64,000 bases of DNA. Origin: Adineta vaga. Taxonomy: Eukaryota; Animalia; Rotifera. Under the pieces are notes generated by a model that was given only the letters and a program-made list of their open reading frames with translations, made no database searches and was not told the origin of the DNA. This document shows, one piece after another, positions 11,656 through 25,325 of this stretch; positions within the stretch are counted from its first letter, which is position 1, and every line of letters begins with the position of its first letter. A program made the translations under genes and the position numbers. The stretch lies in NCBI GenBank assembly GCA_021613535.1, contig CP075494.1, positions 620,001-684,000 on the forward strand, written 5' to 3'.

Positions 11656-13482
11656 CTATACTAATTTTTTTGAAAATAAAAGATCTCTTTGAAGATTTCT
11701 CACTTGATAGTTCTTTACAATTTCATTCAATCTTAAACATCCAATCAGATCATTCCATTCTGTTATAATAGGAAACTCAGAGTCTCTAGATCGACGAAGA
11801 ATATAAATCGTTAATGTTTTTAAATTTTTAAAATTATTCAACATTCTCATAATCATATCTGCATGTTCTTGAGATCTATTTGGAACGCTTTCAAAGCCAA
11901 AACATATATGTTGAACATTTGAAAAACAAACATAATCAATTTCTATCAAAGATTCCAATGTAGAATAAACTTTAACATCCAATCTTCGAATTCTTTTGCT
12001 CAATATTGCAATTAATTGACTATCTATTTCAAGTAAATCTCTTGGACATAAAATCAAATGTTCTAAGTTCGGTAATGCATAAATAATGAATTCTTTCATA
12101 ATTTTAACAGTTCCGGTAGTACATTCAATCGTTTTAACATTATCTAAAGTGATATCAAAGTTTTCTGTTGTATGTTCGGATATACATGAATCTTTTGTTT
12201 TCACAATTAAAGAAGAACGATAATCAAAAAATTGAATTGAAATTAATTTCGGCATTTTCATTTTGAGTTGTTTTATGAAAGTTGAATCATAAGTTCTTTT
12301 TGCTTGTAACTCAATAGATTTGACATTATACCATATTCGAGGATTATTTATCAAAATCTCAGGATTATTTAATTTAACATAACTAAAGTCACAAGGAAAG
12401 TCATGAAGATACCCAAATTGAAATGGTAATGTATAGAAATAATTTTCATGCATTCCAAATAACAAATTCTTATCAAACCAAAATTGATTCTGAAATCGAG
12501 ATAAAATATTATCATTATTAATATCAAATCGATTTTTATGTATTTTAGCATAAAGATGGAATTGTTTAAGTACTTTCATTGATTCTAAGAATTGTTGAAG
12601 ATTTAAACTATTTAATGGAAATTCATTTGTATCTCGGATATTAACATCAACTAAATTTAGTAATAAACAAGTTAACGATGATCGAAATTGTTGTATACAA
12701 CTGATTAATAGAGAAGAATTGATTTCTGTATAAGGTTCGCTTATTAATGTTAAATACAATTGTTTTAATTTCATTTGAACACTATTTATTGGGTTAATTC
12801 CATATCCACTAGATGATTTTATTCGAAGATTTAAATATTCTAAATTTGGTGTATATTCAAATAATGAGAAAATATCTTGAAAATCGAATAAAATCAATGT
12901 TAATGAATGTAAATTAGAATTTGTTTCAAAATTATCTATAAATGTCTGTTTAAATAACGGTACTTCTAATGAATATTGAAATGCTTGTAAGGAATTTTGA
13001 TGATTTAAAATTTTCTCAAAGACATAATTTGGATTATTATTTAAATAAATGTTATTTGTTGGATATGAAAGAAATTCTTCTTCTTTTATTTTAAATGTAT
13101 GTAAATTATTAAATTGATCACTTTCAAAGATTGATTTTAATTGTTCATTTGGATAACCATGTGATGTGAATATAATTATTGATTTTATATTTGGAAAATA
13201 TGTCAATGGGAAAGATAAATCCATTGTATTTATGGTTAATAATTCGATTTGTGAACCAATTATTTGTAGAATAGTTTTCCATGTATTTAAATCTGTTGTT
13301 GGTAAATCTAAATACTTTAAATAACGTTGATTTTGTAATAATAAATCATTGAATCGTTTATTGAAATAAAAGAATGCATAAATAATATGATTATTTGATA
13401 AATAATCAAAGATTGTAAAAATAATTTCAGTAGGAAAACGATCAAACCATGATGTAGTTGATGAAATGTTTATCAAAGACAT
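11656..13482 (-). CDS. F-box domain protein with LRR-like C-terminal region
   Basis: N-terminal FDRFPTEIIFTIFDYL (F-box), repeated LxxLxL motifs and the family motif FYTLPF; 608-aa intronless ORF. Confidence 0.85.
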   Translation of the reverse strand: MSLINISSTTSWFDRFPTEIIFTIFDYLSNNHIIYAFFYFNKRFNDLLLQNQRYLKYLDLPTTDLNTWKTILQIIGSQIELLTINTMDLSFPLTYFPNIKSIIIFTSHGYPNEQLKSIFESDQFNNLHTFKIKEEEFLSYPTNNIYLNNNPNYVFEKILNHQNSLQAFQYSLEVPLFKQTFIDNFETNSNLHSLTLILFDFQDIFSLFEYTPNLEYLNLRIKSSSGYGINPINSVQMKLKQLYLTLISEPYTEINSSLLISCIQQFRSSLTCLLLNLVDVNIRDTNEFPLNSLNLQQFLESMKVLKQFHLYAKIHKNRFDINNDNILSRFQNQFWFDKNLLFGMHENYFYTLPFQFGYLHDFPCDFSYVKLNNPEILINNPRIWYNVKSIELQAKRTYDSTFIKQLKMKMPKLISIQFFDYRSSLIVKTKDSCISEHTTENFDITLDNVKTIECTTGTVKIMKEFIIYALPNLEHLILCPRDLLEIDSQLIAILSKRIRRLDVKVYSTLESLIEIDYVCFSNVQHICFGFESVPNRSQEHADMIMRMLNNFKNLKTLTIYILRRSRDSEFPIITEWNDLIGCLRLNEIVKNYQVRNLQRDLLFSKKLV

Positions 13483-14750
13483 GTCGAAAACAATTTATTG
13501 AAGAAATCAATCTGTTCTCTTCACGTCACGTTTTCTTGATATAATGATGAAAAAAATGTCGATATCTTGAGTATTGACTCATACATAAAAATGTAACACG
13601 TGAAAGTTAAAGTTTTTCTTCATAATTTAGATGTCGCTTTTGTACGAACAAACTTTCTTCTAATTCATTATCTGTACTATGAGAGAATTCATATTGACTT
13701 AAAAACACTTCCTATTCGTAGAATTGAAAAATAAATAACAATAACTACGACTGATAATATATAAACGAGAGAGTAATACAAGTCCACATATTCTCTCACA
13801 CATTCGCAAGATTTTCAACAATACTTACGGTACGAATAGACATATTGCAATATTGACTCACTATATTGTAGCTTCTTTTTTGTTTCACATAAATATGATA
13901 TTGTTATAACAAGTGATAAAAATGCATTTATTAAATAAAAATAATCATACAGATGTAAAAAGTATTTCTCTTAAATAATCTAGAATATTCATTATATCAT
14001 ATCCAATGAACATCTCGTTTTTAGTTTAGGTACAAATTTTAATTTGTATTTTAATATCTACGATAGTTAAATTCGAAAAAAAGTAACTTTTCATGATGAA
14101 TGTTCGTGTGCCAGAATGAGTATGGCTAGTTGTCCAAAACTATATCTGGATTTTTTAAATTTGATCTTGAGAGTGTGAAAAATATTTCGATTGTTATTCA
14201 CAATACAAGTCATCATTTACTGCTTTTAGTGGTTTGTTTTTAACACTTAAATTAACTTTATTTTTATTTTACTTTCGTTAACTTATCACTAAGTATTTAT
14301 ACTTATCTCTATGAAATTTATTCGGATTCACTTCACTGTGTGTTCTTATCTAATTGTGGTATAATCGTTTGTTCGACAGAAATATCTCTACATTGAGTTT
14401 TCCATACTTTGTGTTATACTTCGATCTTTTTGTACTCTATTTAAACAACACAATTATTGATTCATTGGACTATAGTGACGATGTGAATTTGTTTGGTACA
14501 TTTTTGTTTTGAAAATATCGATCATATATTGATTTTATGACATTTTTTTTCTGAAGATTAATTTCTGTAAAAAAAACAATCACGCATTGAAAAAAGTGCC
14601 AGATGAATCTGGAATTTTGATTTTTATCGAAAGATTAACTCATTTAATTTGTTGTTTTTAAAAAATAAAATACTGACGTGTCATTTTTTATATTTTATAT
14701 ATATAAAAGAAAGAATATCTTTAGCATTTTGTTTCATTGAAACGTAAACT

Positions 14751-16326
14751 ATGGTTACAGCAGCAATCCACTGTGCCCTATTTATTATTTTCAAGTAGTT
14801 ATAAAAATTCAATATTTTATTTTATAATAAATATTTTGATTAATTTAGTTTATCAATAATAAAAGTAAATTGTTATATATGTTATGAAACATCTCAATAT
14901 AGTCGATGTTCAACAAATAGTGCATGTGGTTGTTTTGATATGGTAGATTCTGATGGTACTGGAATATGTGGATTTCTTTGGATAAGTTGTTCTCAACTTA
15001 ATTTATGTAATTCTTCAAATAATATTTGTGAGAAATTTGGTGCTATATGCATACATCATCCTCGTTGTAATTCCCATCCTGTTTGTTATCCGTCATCAAT
15101 GATTGATCAAAGAATATGTCCAACATTAAAAAGTAAGAAAAAAACTATATTATCATCATAGAGTATTATTTTCAAATGAATTGATTTTTATTAATAAATA
15201 GATATTACCACAACAACTATAACTACAACTACAATTCAACAGGCTTGTCTTTCTTGTCGAGTGTATGTGTCAGATAGATGTAGTATCCACACCCTCAAAA
15301 TATATTGAAAACTATTTTTCTTTAGGATGGGATAATACTGGTAGTATGAATAGTCGAAGATTTGGTCATGCAGCATCTGTTTTAGCAGATGGAAAAGTTA
15401 TTGTTACTGGTGAAACTCAAGGTTTCGATACTTTTTATAGTGTTAATTTAAATGATGTTGAAATATACGATCCATTATCAGAAAATTGGACAACTACAAA
15501 TAATATGATTCATCCACGAAATACTCATACATCAGTTGTTTTAAAAAATGGAAAATTATTAGTTATTGGAGGAATAAGTAATACATATGTTTTAAATAGT
15601 ACTGAACTATATGATCCTCAGACAAGAATTTGGTCTTTTACTGGATATCTTAATAAGAAGAGAAATTTTCATACATCCTCTTTATTAATAGATGGAAAAG
15701 TATTAGTTACAGGTGGAGCAAATCCTTATAGTATAATTAGTACTGAATTATATGATCCTGTAACACAAATTTGGACAATTACAGGTAATATGACTTTTTC
15801 ACGACAGAAACATCAAGCATCTTTATTAATAAATGGAAAAATTTTAATTAGCGGTGGATACGGAGATGGTTATTGTTTGAATAGTACGGAATTATATGAT
15901 ACTCAAACAGGAAAATGTACAATTACAGGTAATATGAAATATACACGAAGTGGTCATACATCAACTGTCTTAACAAATGGAAAAGTATTAGTTACTGGAG
16001 GATATGATGGTAAAAATACACTAGATAGTGCTGAATTATATGATCCTCAAACAGGATTATGGACAACTGTCGAAAATATGAAATATGCACGAAAGGAACA
16101 TACAGCATCTTTATTAACAAATGGAAAAGTATTAGTCGTAGGTGGACAAGATATATCTATGTTAAATACTGTTGAATTGTATGATCCAATAACACAAAAT
16201 TGGATAACTATTGATAATATGAATTATAAACGAGGTTATCATACAGCATCTATTTTAACAAATGGAAAAGTATTAATTGTTGGAGGATATTCTAATATCA
16301 CTTTAAATACTGCAGAATTATATTAA
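14751..16326 (+). CDS. Putatively secreted protein: Cys-rich N-terminal domain, Thr linker and kelch beta-propeller
   Basis: About 7 kelch repeats (GKVLVTGG...AELYDP..W) in 15326-16326; upstream exons encode a hydrophobic leader and the Cys-rich CSTNSACGC...CIHHPRC. The junction near 15240 is not clearly in frame. Confidence 0.8.
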
Positions 16327-19300
16327 AACATTCTAAGAAATAAAACAGAAATCCGATTATAAAAATATATAATTTATTAAATCAAAAATTTTTCTCGAAG
16401 ATTATATAAATTAATGGAAATAGCTCATTGTTGTCTCTCCAATAATATCATTTTGAATATTTTAAATGAATTAACTTTTATTATATTCACATCTTTATTG
16501 TTCCAATTCGTAAATCCAATCACTTGATAATTTGTTCAACAGTCTCTTATTCATATTCATCCTGTTTACTATAACTCTCTCGAACTAACGTCTTCACTTT
16601 TCATTTTTTTTACAAGTGAATAAATGAGTTAAATTTTATTCTATGCTCCAAATTCATGACATTTTGTTATATGTAATCTCATATCTGATTGATTACTCAG
16701 GATAGTTGTAAAAACAAATGTACATACACGTTTCTGTTCAGCATAAAACGGGTAAAAGATCAATGCACAATTAGAATGAATCAGAAAATACCAGCTCTAG
16801 AGTACCGTTTCTAACCGCTCACAATCATTTCTCAAATTCTAACAGCATAGTTGATTTTCTCGTATGCTAGATATTAGAATAGACTTGAGAAAATGGTCCA
16901 CAAAAACGTAACATCAGATCCGTGTTCTTCAACGTCGATAACTCGTTGATGAAGTTTTATTCCGGATTACTGTTACTAAATAAAATATATGACAATGTTA
17001 TGACGAACGAATTTTAACTCATTCTGCGTATACTCTTCTTCCAGTAGAGAGAATAAAATATTGCTTTTAGAAAGAAAGTTAACTTTATCGAACTTTTTGT
17101 TTTTCTCAATTAAATCTATTTTTATTTTGCTTTGTGATATATTGAAAGATTAATTAATATTATTGTCAAAATAATCATTAAAATATCTATCAAATAAAGT
17201 TATTCATTTAATTTTTGATTTTTACATAGATAAACATAAAATTATTTCATTCTGAAGGTGCTCAAATACTCAATATATAACATGAAATGTGTTTAATCAT
17301 TTGATATAAATTTTCTTGATCAATAAAAATTTCTCAAGAATTTTATTATCAATGAAAATGAATTTATTTTCGCTTTTAAACGTCTAATGGAATAATTATG
17401 AGATTGAACTGAGAGAGAGAGATTTAAATGAAATGAATATACTTTAGAAAAGACTAATTCGAGAGAAACAAGAATAAAATCAGAATTTTTACCTTCGAAT
17501 TTAAAAAAAAATAGGTTGTATGTTTGTGGCTGTCAGAGTCAAAGGTCATAAAATTAGATTTTTCAGTAATCATAAAAAAACTTGACCAAAGAGTAATCGA
17601 GGTCGAGGATCACGAATGTGATGTCAGTGTTTCAAATTTTTCTCAGGATCTTTTTTCATCGACTGAAAGGAGGGTACTGTGGCGAAAAATAGAAATTCGT
17701 TTGTATGTATGTATGTCTGTCGCAGGTCAAAAGTCAAAGGTCACGGCTTTCCATATACACAGAATCCTCAAGTCCTATACTAGCGGGTACCTTTCGTGGC
17801 TTATATACTATATTGCAGGGGACACCCTTGGGTCCTCAGGTCCTACTATATAGTGGTACCGGTAGATCGTCTTGCACGTTACAAATTCAAATGTACTACG
17901 GTGTAGAAGATGCAATTGTGAATCTAATAAGAGAAGTTTTTTGGAGAGATCTGTAAAAATGACTGGTTTCGTTTTTGATTCAGTCTTCAGTACTATATTT
18001 CGGACAACCTCTAAGGAAGAGAAATATCTTTGCAAAGTCATTCGATGATGTGTTTTAAAGGGGCACATCTAGCAAATCTTTTGCGCTTTACAATTCTTGT
18101 TCGGAATCGAACTGATAAAAGATTGGATACTAAGTGCTGTTGTTGCGCTTGAAATTGAATTATATGGGAGCGATAGATGGTCAGAGAAACCGCCGACCGA
18201 CCAGTGGTTTACCGAAAAAGTAATTTTAAAATCAGACGTCGAGAATTGAACCTAAACCGTTTCGGATGGCTTTTCAGAATAACTGAATCGATTCTGTTTA
18301 GGTGACGAATGCGGTAGGATACCTGTCTCTCATAACAAAAAAAGAAAATAAAGACAAATAAATAAATGAAAACGTATCATTTGAACGCATATCTGTGTAT
18401 TAGAGGTCTGCAGGGTATAACATTTTCATAACCTGTATCTTGCCCTGCTGAGGATTTCGTAACCTGAAACCTGCCCTGCCCTTTTGAGATTGTGGGTGTG
18501 AATGTGAGTATTGCCTAATTATTCACATACACACTCACACCCTCACCCACACCCACACCCTAGCGTCGATCATAAACAATATTATGAAAATATGAGAGTT
18601 ATAGAAAAAGAGAAAGATTCTGTTTTACTCGATTGGTTTTCAAAGCTTCTGCTAAATACATAGCTCCTTGGTCATCAACTCTGCTTCCGGATATCACTGG
18701 TTTTGTGAGTGTCTTTATTTATAATAAATAAAATATAATGTACGATTAGTCACCGATATCAAATACGTTACCCTATTATAAATTAGTGCTTCAGCAATCC
18801 GAACTATTTTTTTCAGGACCATATTTCTCAAATATGATTAATAGGTTGGTAACAGTCTGTAAATAATGAAAATGTTGAACAATGTTAAAACCAAACAAAA
18901 ATTAACTCTTAACGAATCTGATTTTAAACGAGCGACGTAATGATCAATTTCATTGGTTCTGTTATCATGAAGACGGAATTTTAAACGCGTCAATTTCTAC
19001 TAGTAGTTTTAATCAACAATGTGTTTTTCGTTGTTTGTCTGTCTGAAAAACTTTTCATATTGATTATATTCGTATGATTATACGATGGAAAATAAGATAT
19101 TTATAACCACTCGCTTTGGTTCAAAGGTAAGACTTCAACTTTATGGCAAGAAAAATGAATCATTTTTACTGTGTTTGAATAAAAAAAGAACGAACAATAT
19201 TTGTCATGTCTCTGTGTCTTTTTTTTTTATAATATCGTCTATCAGCGAGCATAAAGGAAAGGAATGAAGTTAAATCATATTCATTTACATCTTAAAACAT

Positions 19301-19392
19301 CAAACAGATTTCATTTCGAACTATTAATAGAAAATTTATTTTTATATTATGTGTTTTTTTTCTGTATGAATTATCTAACTACATCAAACATA

Positions 19393-19770
19393 TGTTACAG
19401 AGGAAATTGAAATCTAGGGCAATTAAAAATTTTCACGGGAAATTCAAATTATTTTGTTTTTTCCTACATGTGTTGAGAAAATCATTCAGACTTAACGTAC
19501 ACGATCTTGATACTGAGAAAAAGAGTGCGACTGATGGTCACAATGAACGCATAGAAAAGGATGAAGTTCAGAGGATCGCCTACACCCTCATCCTCATGTT
19601 CAGCTCTATCTTCATATCTTTGCTACCAGCTTCATTCTCACGCTGGTTCTTATCCTCAACAAATGTATGAAAAAACAGAATGATTTTAATGTGCCCTAGA
19701 CGAGATTAAAATTTCAAATTCCCCTTAGCGCGATTTGAAAAAGCTCTAAATTTTAATCTCTCCTGTAACA
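19393..19770. mobile_element. MITE-like element with about 28-bp imperfect TIRs and TA flanks
   Basis: TA-tgttacagaggaaattgaaatctagggc ... gctctaaattttaatctctcctgtaaca-TA; no coding capacity. Confidence 0.6.
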
Positions 19771-19852
19771 TAGAAAAACTTTGAAAATATACAGACGGAT
19801 TTAAATCACTTGAACATTCAAATAAAAAGCGTGTAGTTATTTATATTCTTGC

Positions 19853-22290
19853 TCAACAATAGGTCATGATATTGGCTTCTGCATATTGAACAGAATCTTG
19901 GTAAGAACGTTGTGAAGTAATAAGAAGCCGATAGCTTCGAAAAGCAATAGAGTTTGAGAATACTTGTAAAGTACCATTCGTTTGACGTGCAGGTGCAGTT
20001 ACGGGATCGATACCTGTTGCACCTGTGTATAAAAGTGTCCAGCTTGAACTAGAGTTCAATGCTGTTGAATTTGTTCCTTCGAGTGTTACTGTAAGTGGAT
20101 CACGTTCTGGATAATCGGATGCAGTTGCAAAAATAATACCATTCGCTACGCTAAAAGTAATTCGAGTAGGAGTCACGTAGAAACCAGTGTCTCTTCCAGC
20201 TTGAGAAAAGTTACCATTGATATAACTGTAATTTCCATAATTGACATATTTCGTATTAACATTATTATCGATCGCCGAACTAGGTCTTTCAGAGGAGATC
20301 GTAGTAAACCTGCCATTGAGGCCACCAGTGGGTCCACCTGCTTTCGTACCATATAATCCTATAATAGGATCGCCTGACCGTGTGATTGTACACATCAGAC
20401 GTGGTGTTGTTGAAGATATGGTTCCTGTAAATGTGTTTAAGTAAAAATTAAACAAATTTGTAGAAATCATCCCCGAATCAAAGATTTCTATTAGATGAAT
20501 GAAGTTGAAATTTTAACTCGCAAAACTCCACTTAGTATTTTGGCTTTGATCTATATCGGACTTCTATCAAATGTTTATGGAAAAAAACTTGAAATCAGTG
20601 GAATAGACAACATGTTTTTTCTTTATTTATAATATACAACTGCACAGATATGAGCGCGCCAAAACAAAAATCTTAAAACTAAAATAGTAGATATCCATCG
20701 AATCCGAAATTGCTCGGATCTCAAGATGCTTTTATGCATACCTACGCCGTTCTCGATCACGAGGACAATGAATTAACTATGAATAATGGAGAGGTTGATC
20801 TAACGTTCATTTTTCTCTCAAATGGAATTCTTTCTTATACAGAATTTCTTGAAAGCATAATCAGTTGAAAAGTAAGGTAATTCTGAAATAGACAAAGAGG
20901 AATCGTTACTTGAGTTGCTTCAATACTTTTTTTACGTTCCTGAAAATGAAAATAAAAGTCGACCGAGTGAAAACATTCAAAGAATCACTTCACTTATTTG
21001 ACTGAATTTGTCTTCCTTAAAATTAAATGAAAATGTTCAAAAATTTCAAGAACGGACATAGAACTTCTCATTTTAATTTTCAAAGAAACAACACATCTCA
21101 ACAAATATTTATATGAAAAGAATTTTTTCTTTTGATGAAAATGTTTTTATCACATTTTCTTATATGGGGAAAAATTCGATTTCTATAGTTTGTTAAGAAC
21201 TAGAATACTATCAGTCACGAGAAAGCACTCAACGAAAACTTTAAACATCATACTGGTAGTGGGCGTTGAGGTAGAAGCTGCAGTAGTAGTGGGTGTTGAG
21301 GTAGAAGCTGCAGTTGTAGTGGGTGTTGAAGTTGCAGTAGTAGTGGGCGTTGAGGTAGAAGCTGCAGTTGTAGTGGGTGTTGAAGTTGAAGCTGCAGTAG
21401 TAGTGGGTGTTGAGGTAGAAGCTGCAGTTGTAGTGGGTGTTGAAGTTGCAGTAGTAGTGGGCGTTGAGGTAGAAGCTGCAGTAGTAGTGGGCGTTGAAGT
21501 TGAAGCTGCAGTTGTAGTGGGCGTTGAGGTAGAAGCTGCAGTAGTAGTGGGCATTGAGGTAGAAGCTGCAGTAGTAGTGGGCGTTGAAGTTGAAGCTGCA
21601 GTTGTAGTGGGCGTTGAGGTAGAAGCTGCAGTAGTAGTGGGCGTTGAGGTAGAAGCTGCAGTTGTAGTGGGTGTTGAAGTTGAAGCTGCAGTAGTAGTGG
21701 GTGTTGAGGTAGAAGCTGCAGTAGTAGTGGGCGTTGAGGTAGAAGCTGCAGTAGTAGTGGGTGTTGAAGTTGAAGCTGCAATGGTAATCATTGTCATTGT
21801 AGTCTTCGTTGGTCTAGTTGCTTGAATCTTAAGTAATGCAATAAGTAACGCAGCAAGGACAGTGGCTAGAAGAACGCCAAACACTGCAGAGAAGAATATG
21901 CACAGAGGAGAACAGGAACAACAAATTCCAGAAAAATATCTATCCGAAATAAAGTAGAATGAGATTCGTAGAGATAGCGAAGGAGCGTTATAGCTTACTT
22001 TCGTCGTCTTTTTGAGGTTTCTTTATTTTCATTAGTAGATTGTTGTTTATTAAACCAATGATTTATTTTTTTACTCTATTTTATAGATTGATAGTTCAGA
22101 AATAAATAGTGATCAATTCTTACTGAATTTTGATTGTTCCTATTAAATTGGCCAAAACCACGTTTTAAGGTAGCCTAGAGAATAAAGGTCTTACTATTAT
22201 AAATTTATACAAAAATAAACTAGTGAATACTGAGGAGCACTATTTGCTTCAAATGGAAACTTGCCAATATTCGTCAATACTATAATCTCG
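19853..22290 (-). CDS. Type II membrane protein: TM helix, Thr/Ser/Pro mucin stalk and C-terminal galactose-binding-like (discoidin-like) domain
   Basis: Exons 20424-19853 (AIDNNVNTKY, TGFYVTP, ERDPLTVTLEG, YRLLITSQR, VQYAE) and 21939-21254 (CCSCSPLCIFF...LLIALL, then repeats), with small upstream exons ending at 21999 and beyond. 5' end unresolved, possibly extending to about 24190. Confidence 0.7.
21254..21780 (-). repeat. Coding minisatellite, 30-bp unit (TTTAASTSTP), about 18 copies with occasional 24-bp units
   Basis: Direct reading of gtagtagtgggcgttgaggtagaagctgca-type units. Confidence 0.95.
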
Positions 22291-25112
22291 ATATTAATTT
22301 GGTCCAGCAGTGTCACATATTCCGCATATCGAGGATAATCTCTCATCTCTCTCTCGAGAGGAGCTAATCTCCCGTGGGATATGCAGCATTTTGTACGGGA
22401 TATGTGATACTTTATGCGAAATTTTAAATATTATTCATCATCATTATTAAAAATGCAGAAATGTAGGGCCATACCAAAGTGTACACTCATCTTAGTTATG
22501 CTGGTTAAAAACAGATAGTATACTGGTTATTTTATGAGTATTTAGTGAAACATCAAGTAGCAAAGCATAATTAAGTGTTCGCTGTTTCTAGAAATATGTA
22601 AACTCATCGGCCATATCTATGAAAGGATACTATGGTATTTAATAGTTATGTGTGAGAACACATAGCGAGATATTTGGGTTACCGATGCTCGGCCGTATGT
22701 TAATTAATTACGGCGGAAAACGACAGCTGTTAACAGTTGCAATTTATAGCAAGCATTAGCGACTAGCGTGAAAATAAAGCGACTGTAACGGCGTTCGAAT
22801 AATATCGTGAGGTATTGCATTCATCAATTATATAGGATCAAATAAAAGAACATCGTTCTTCCATCGTACTACACCGTAAACAATCGTTAACGTTGGCGAC
22901 AATGATTCATTGAACATAGATAATATGTGTTTCTGGCCAACTTTCATACGTCACTATATAATATTATACTTGTTCTCAACAAAGTTCACAAGTAATCGTC
23001 AACTGCGCTTAGCTCAAGAATTTTGACTGCATTCAGTAGGATTCTCATGCTCTTGGTTTTGCCAGTCTAGTCCTATGTACCCTAAAGTATTTGCAAAACG
23101 CATAGATCTTACAAGCTTTTTTACTAGAAAACACAATTCTATTGCTCATTTCTAGAGTTCCACTTTTGGCAATCACCAAAACTGTATGAGAACTAAATAT
23201 GCACCATTGTTCGGTGTTCAAAGTTGTTTTTCGACTCGTTTAATACCAGCTTTATCAAACACAATTTGAAAGCTGTCGAAAAAACTGACTCTAACTTTTA
23301 ATATCGTACGGGGGCTTAAGTAAAATGTAAAGCCTCACTATCATGTGACTTTTTTTCACATAGAAAAAAGGAATCAGTAAAATATCTATGAGATAACTTG
23401 ATAAATAAATCTCGATTAACAGTTTAATTAATCCTTCCTTACACTAATATACAATTTGATTAAAGAGACAGAGTAACATAGACCTCTGGAAGAACATAAA
23501 ACCTAATAGTTTCTGGAACACTATTAATCGATTATTTTGATAAATATGTTTAAACTTCCTTTTGATATGCTTTATCCGAGAACAGTACCGTATTTAAAAT
23601 TATCTTTCCAAACCAGTAAAAATCACTGAAAACTGTCTAGTCTGACTGTTTCAACCGGATCAGTTCTAATTCTGCTGTTATTTCAGTGAATACTAGAGTT
23701 GTTCCCACACAGATTTTAAAAAAAAACTATTGGAAAAAGCACAGTAACTCTGACAGTGCAGAGTATAATCATTAGCCTTTTTATAATCTTTAGTGAGTAT
23801 ATAAAGTAACATACATATTTAGATGTTAAAATTCAATATAATCATAATTCTTATCTAATGTTTTACTTCACCTGTTTCATTGAACGATGGTATCGATGAT
23901 TTTCAGTGGCAATCGCAAAGCTTGTTCCATTGTTCATCGATCCAACCATGTTTTGACTACAAGTAGATCTTGTTGGTTCAGTTCGACGATAGCACGTAGT
24001 AAGAATATAAGAGTCCTGTTTGGTAAAGCAAAGAATATAGGATGATCACGAAAATTTGCAAATGCCTAACCAGTTGTAGACGATCTTTATAGCCGTTCGA
24101 TTTATTTTCTATTGAGCCAATGTTGGTATTTGATGGTCGAACGCATGCATATGTAGTAGCATTAGATTTCAGGGATTTTACTGGCATATGTTGAGGCTAT
24201 ATTAAATTGAATTAAAGAATAATGAAAAAACAAGAAGCATTCATACTCGAGTATGAAACGGTCGACAACAACGACGTGAAGTAGGTGTTTTACGAACACA
24301 CACTATAGATAAAGCAGAATGATGTAAACTTTTGTCTTTTCTTGTAAAACGAGACGGTATTTCTAGACTTTGACCAGCTCTTATTCTCTGTAAATGAATT
24401 CCAACTTGCTTTATTCAAATATAATAAATGCGTATATTTAATTATTCTTTTTCAGACAATCAATTTATCTGTTTACATTTGTCTCTCCAATTGTATTACA
24501 TGTAGTATGAAGGGGCTTCTAGATTGTAATTACTTTACTAAGCAATTTTAGCGACGCAATATATAGTTCACAGACCTCGAACGAAAGTATATATACTTGA
24601 ATTTTTCGTACTTTTTCGACTAAAAAGTATTTACTTGGGTTTTAAGAAATTTACTTTGTACTTAATTTGAGAAGTACAAGTGTGATGTATGTATTGTGAC
24701 CAGAAGAAACAAAAGGAGAACACACACTCCAAAGCAAAGCGAAGCGCATATATATCCTAGGTCATGTATACATGACTCAGGAATCATATACAAATGAGTT
24801 AGGAATGCCTTGACTCGTGAGATATCACGGCGAGATGCAGTGACAACACGAAAAATACTTTTAATTCCTGTACTTGTAATCATCCAAGCTCTGATAGTGC
24901 AATTCTTAAAATGCATGGATTCTTGTGCAAACATGTTGACACAGATTTAATTAAAAAAAAAGTTCCTAAAACGAAAAACAAATATCCAAATATATAATTA
25001 TTTTCTGAAAAGAATAGGAATGTCTTCAACTACTTTGAAAAGACACGCCAAGAAGCACTATACACACTATTCTAATTAAATTTTTCGTTTTTGTAATATT
25101 CATGAAATCAAA

Positions 25113-25325
25113 TGAGGGTTTAGGTGTGGGTGCTTGAGTGTGGGTATGTGTGGATGTGAGGTGAGGATGGGTGTGCGGTGATATTAGATATCCCTGACTT
25201 ACCCTCACACCCACACCCACCCAGTTCATTTATTCATTATGAGAATTTGTTGTTGTCTAAGGTATAATTGAAACAGTAGGAGTGGGTGTGAGTGAGATTG
25301 ATCAATAAATATACCACTCACACCC
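25113..25325. repeat. Two adjacent telomere-like inverted-repeat hairpins
   Basis: 25113-25222 has a long degenerate G arm then a C arm; 25284-25325 has perfect 11-bp arms gggtgtgagtg/cactcacaccc. Confidence 0.8.

Noticed and set aside
17524-18068. Cluster of overlapping ORFs and a GC-richer stretch bounded by two GGTACC sites
   Set aside because: No protein motif and no ribozyme consensus could be fitted
21254-21780. Regular 30-bp periodicity resembling a CRISPR array
   Set aside because: No unique spacers, no cas genes, eukaryotic exon context
21190-21825. Plus-strand ORF (VVVGVEVEAA)n and minus-strand alternative-frame ORF (LQLLPQ)n
   Set aside because: Shadow frames of the Thr-rich coding minisatellite; only the TTTAASTSTP frame links to a TM and splice sites
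22310-22410. Imperfect inverted repeat gtgtcacatattccgca / tacgggatatgtgatac
   Set aside because: Short and degenerate; likely an old MITE fragment with undefined ends
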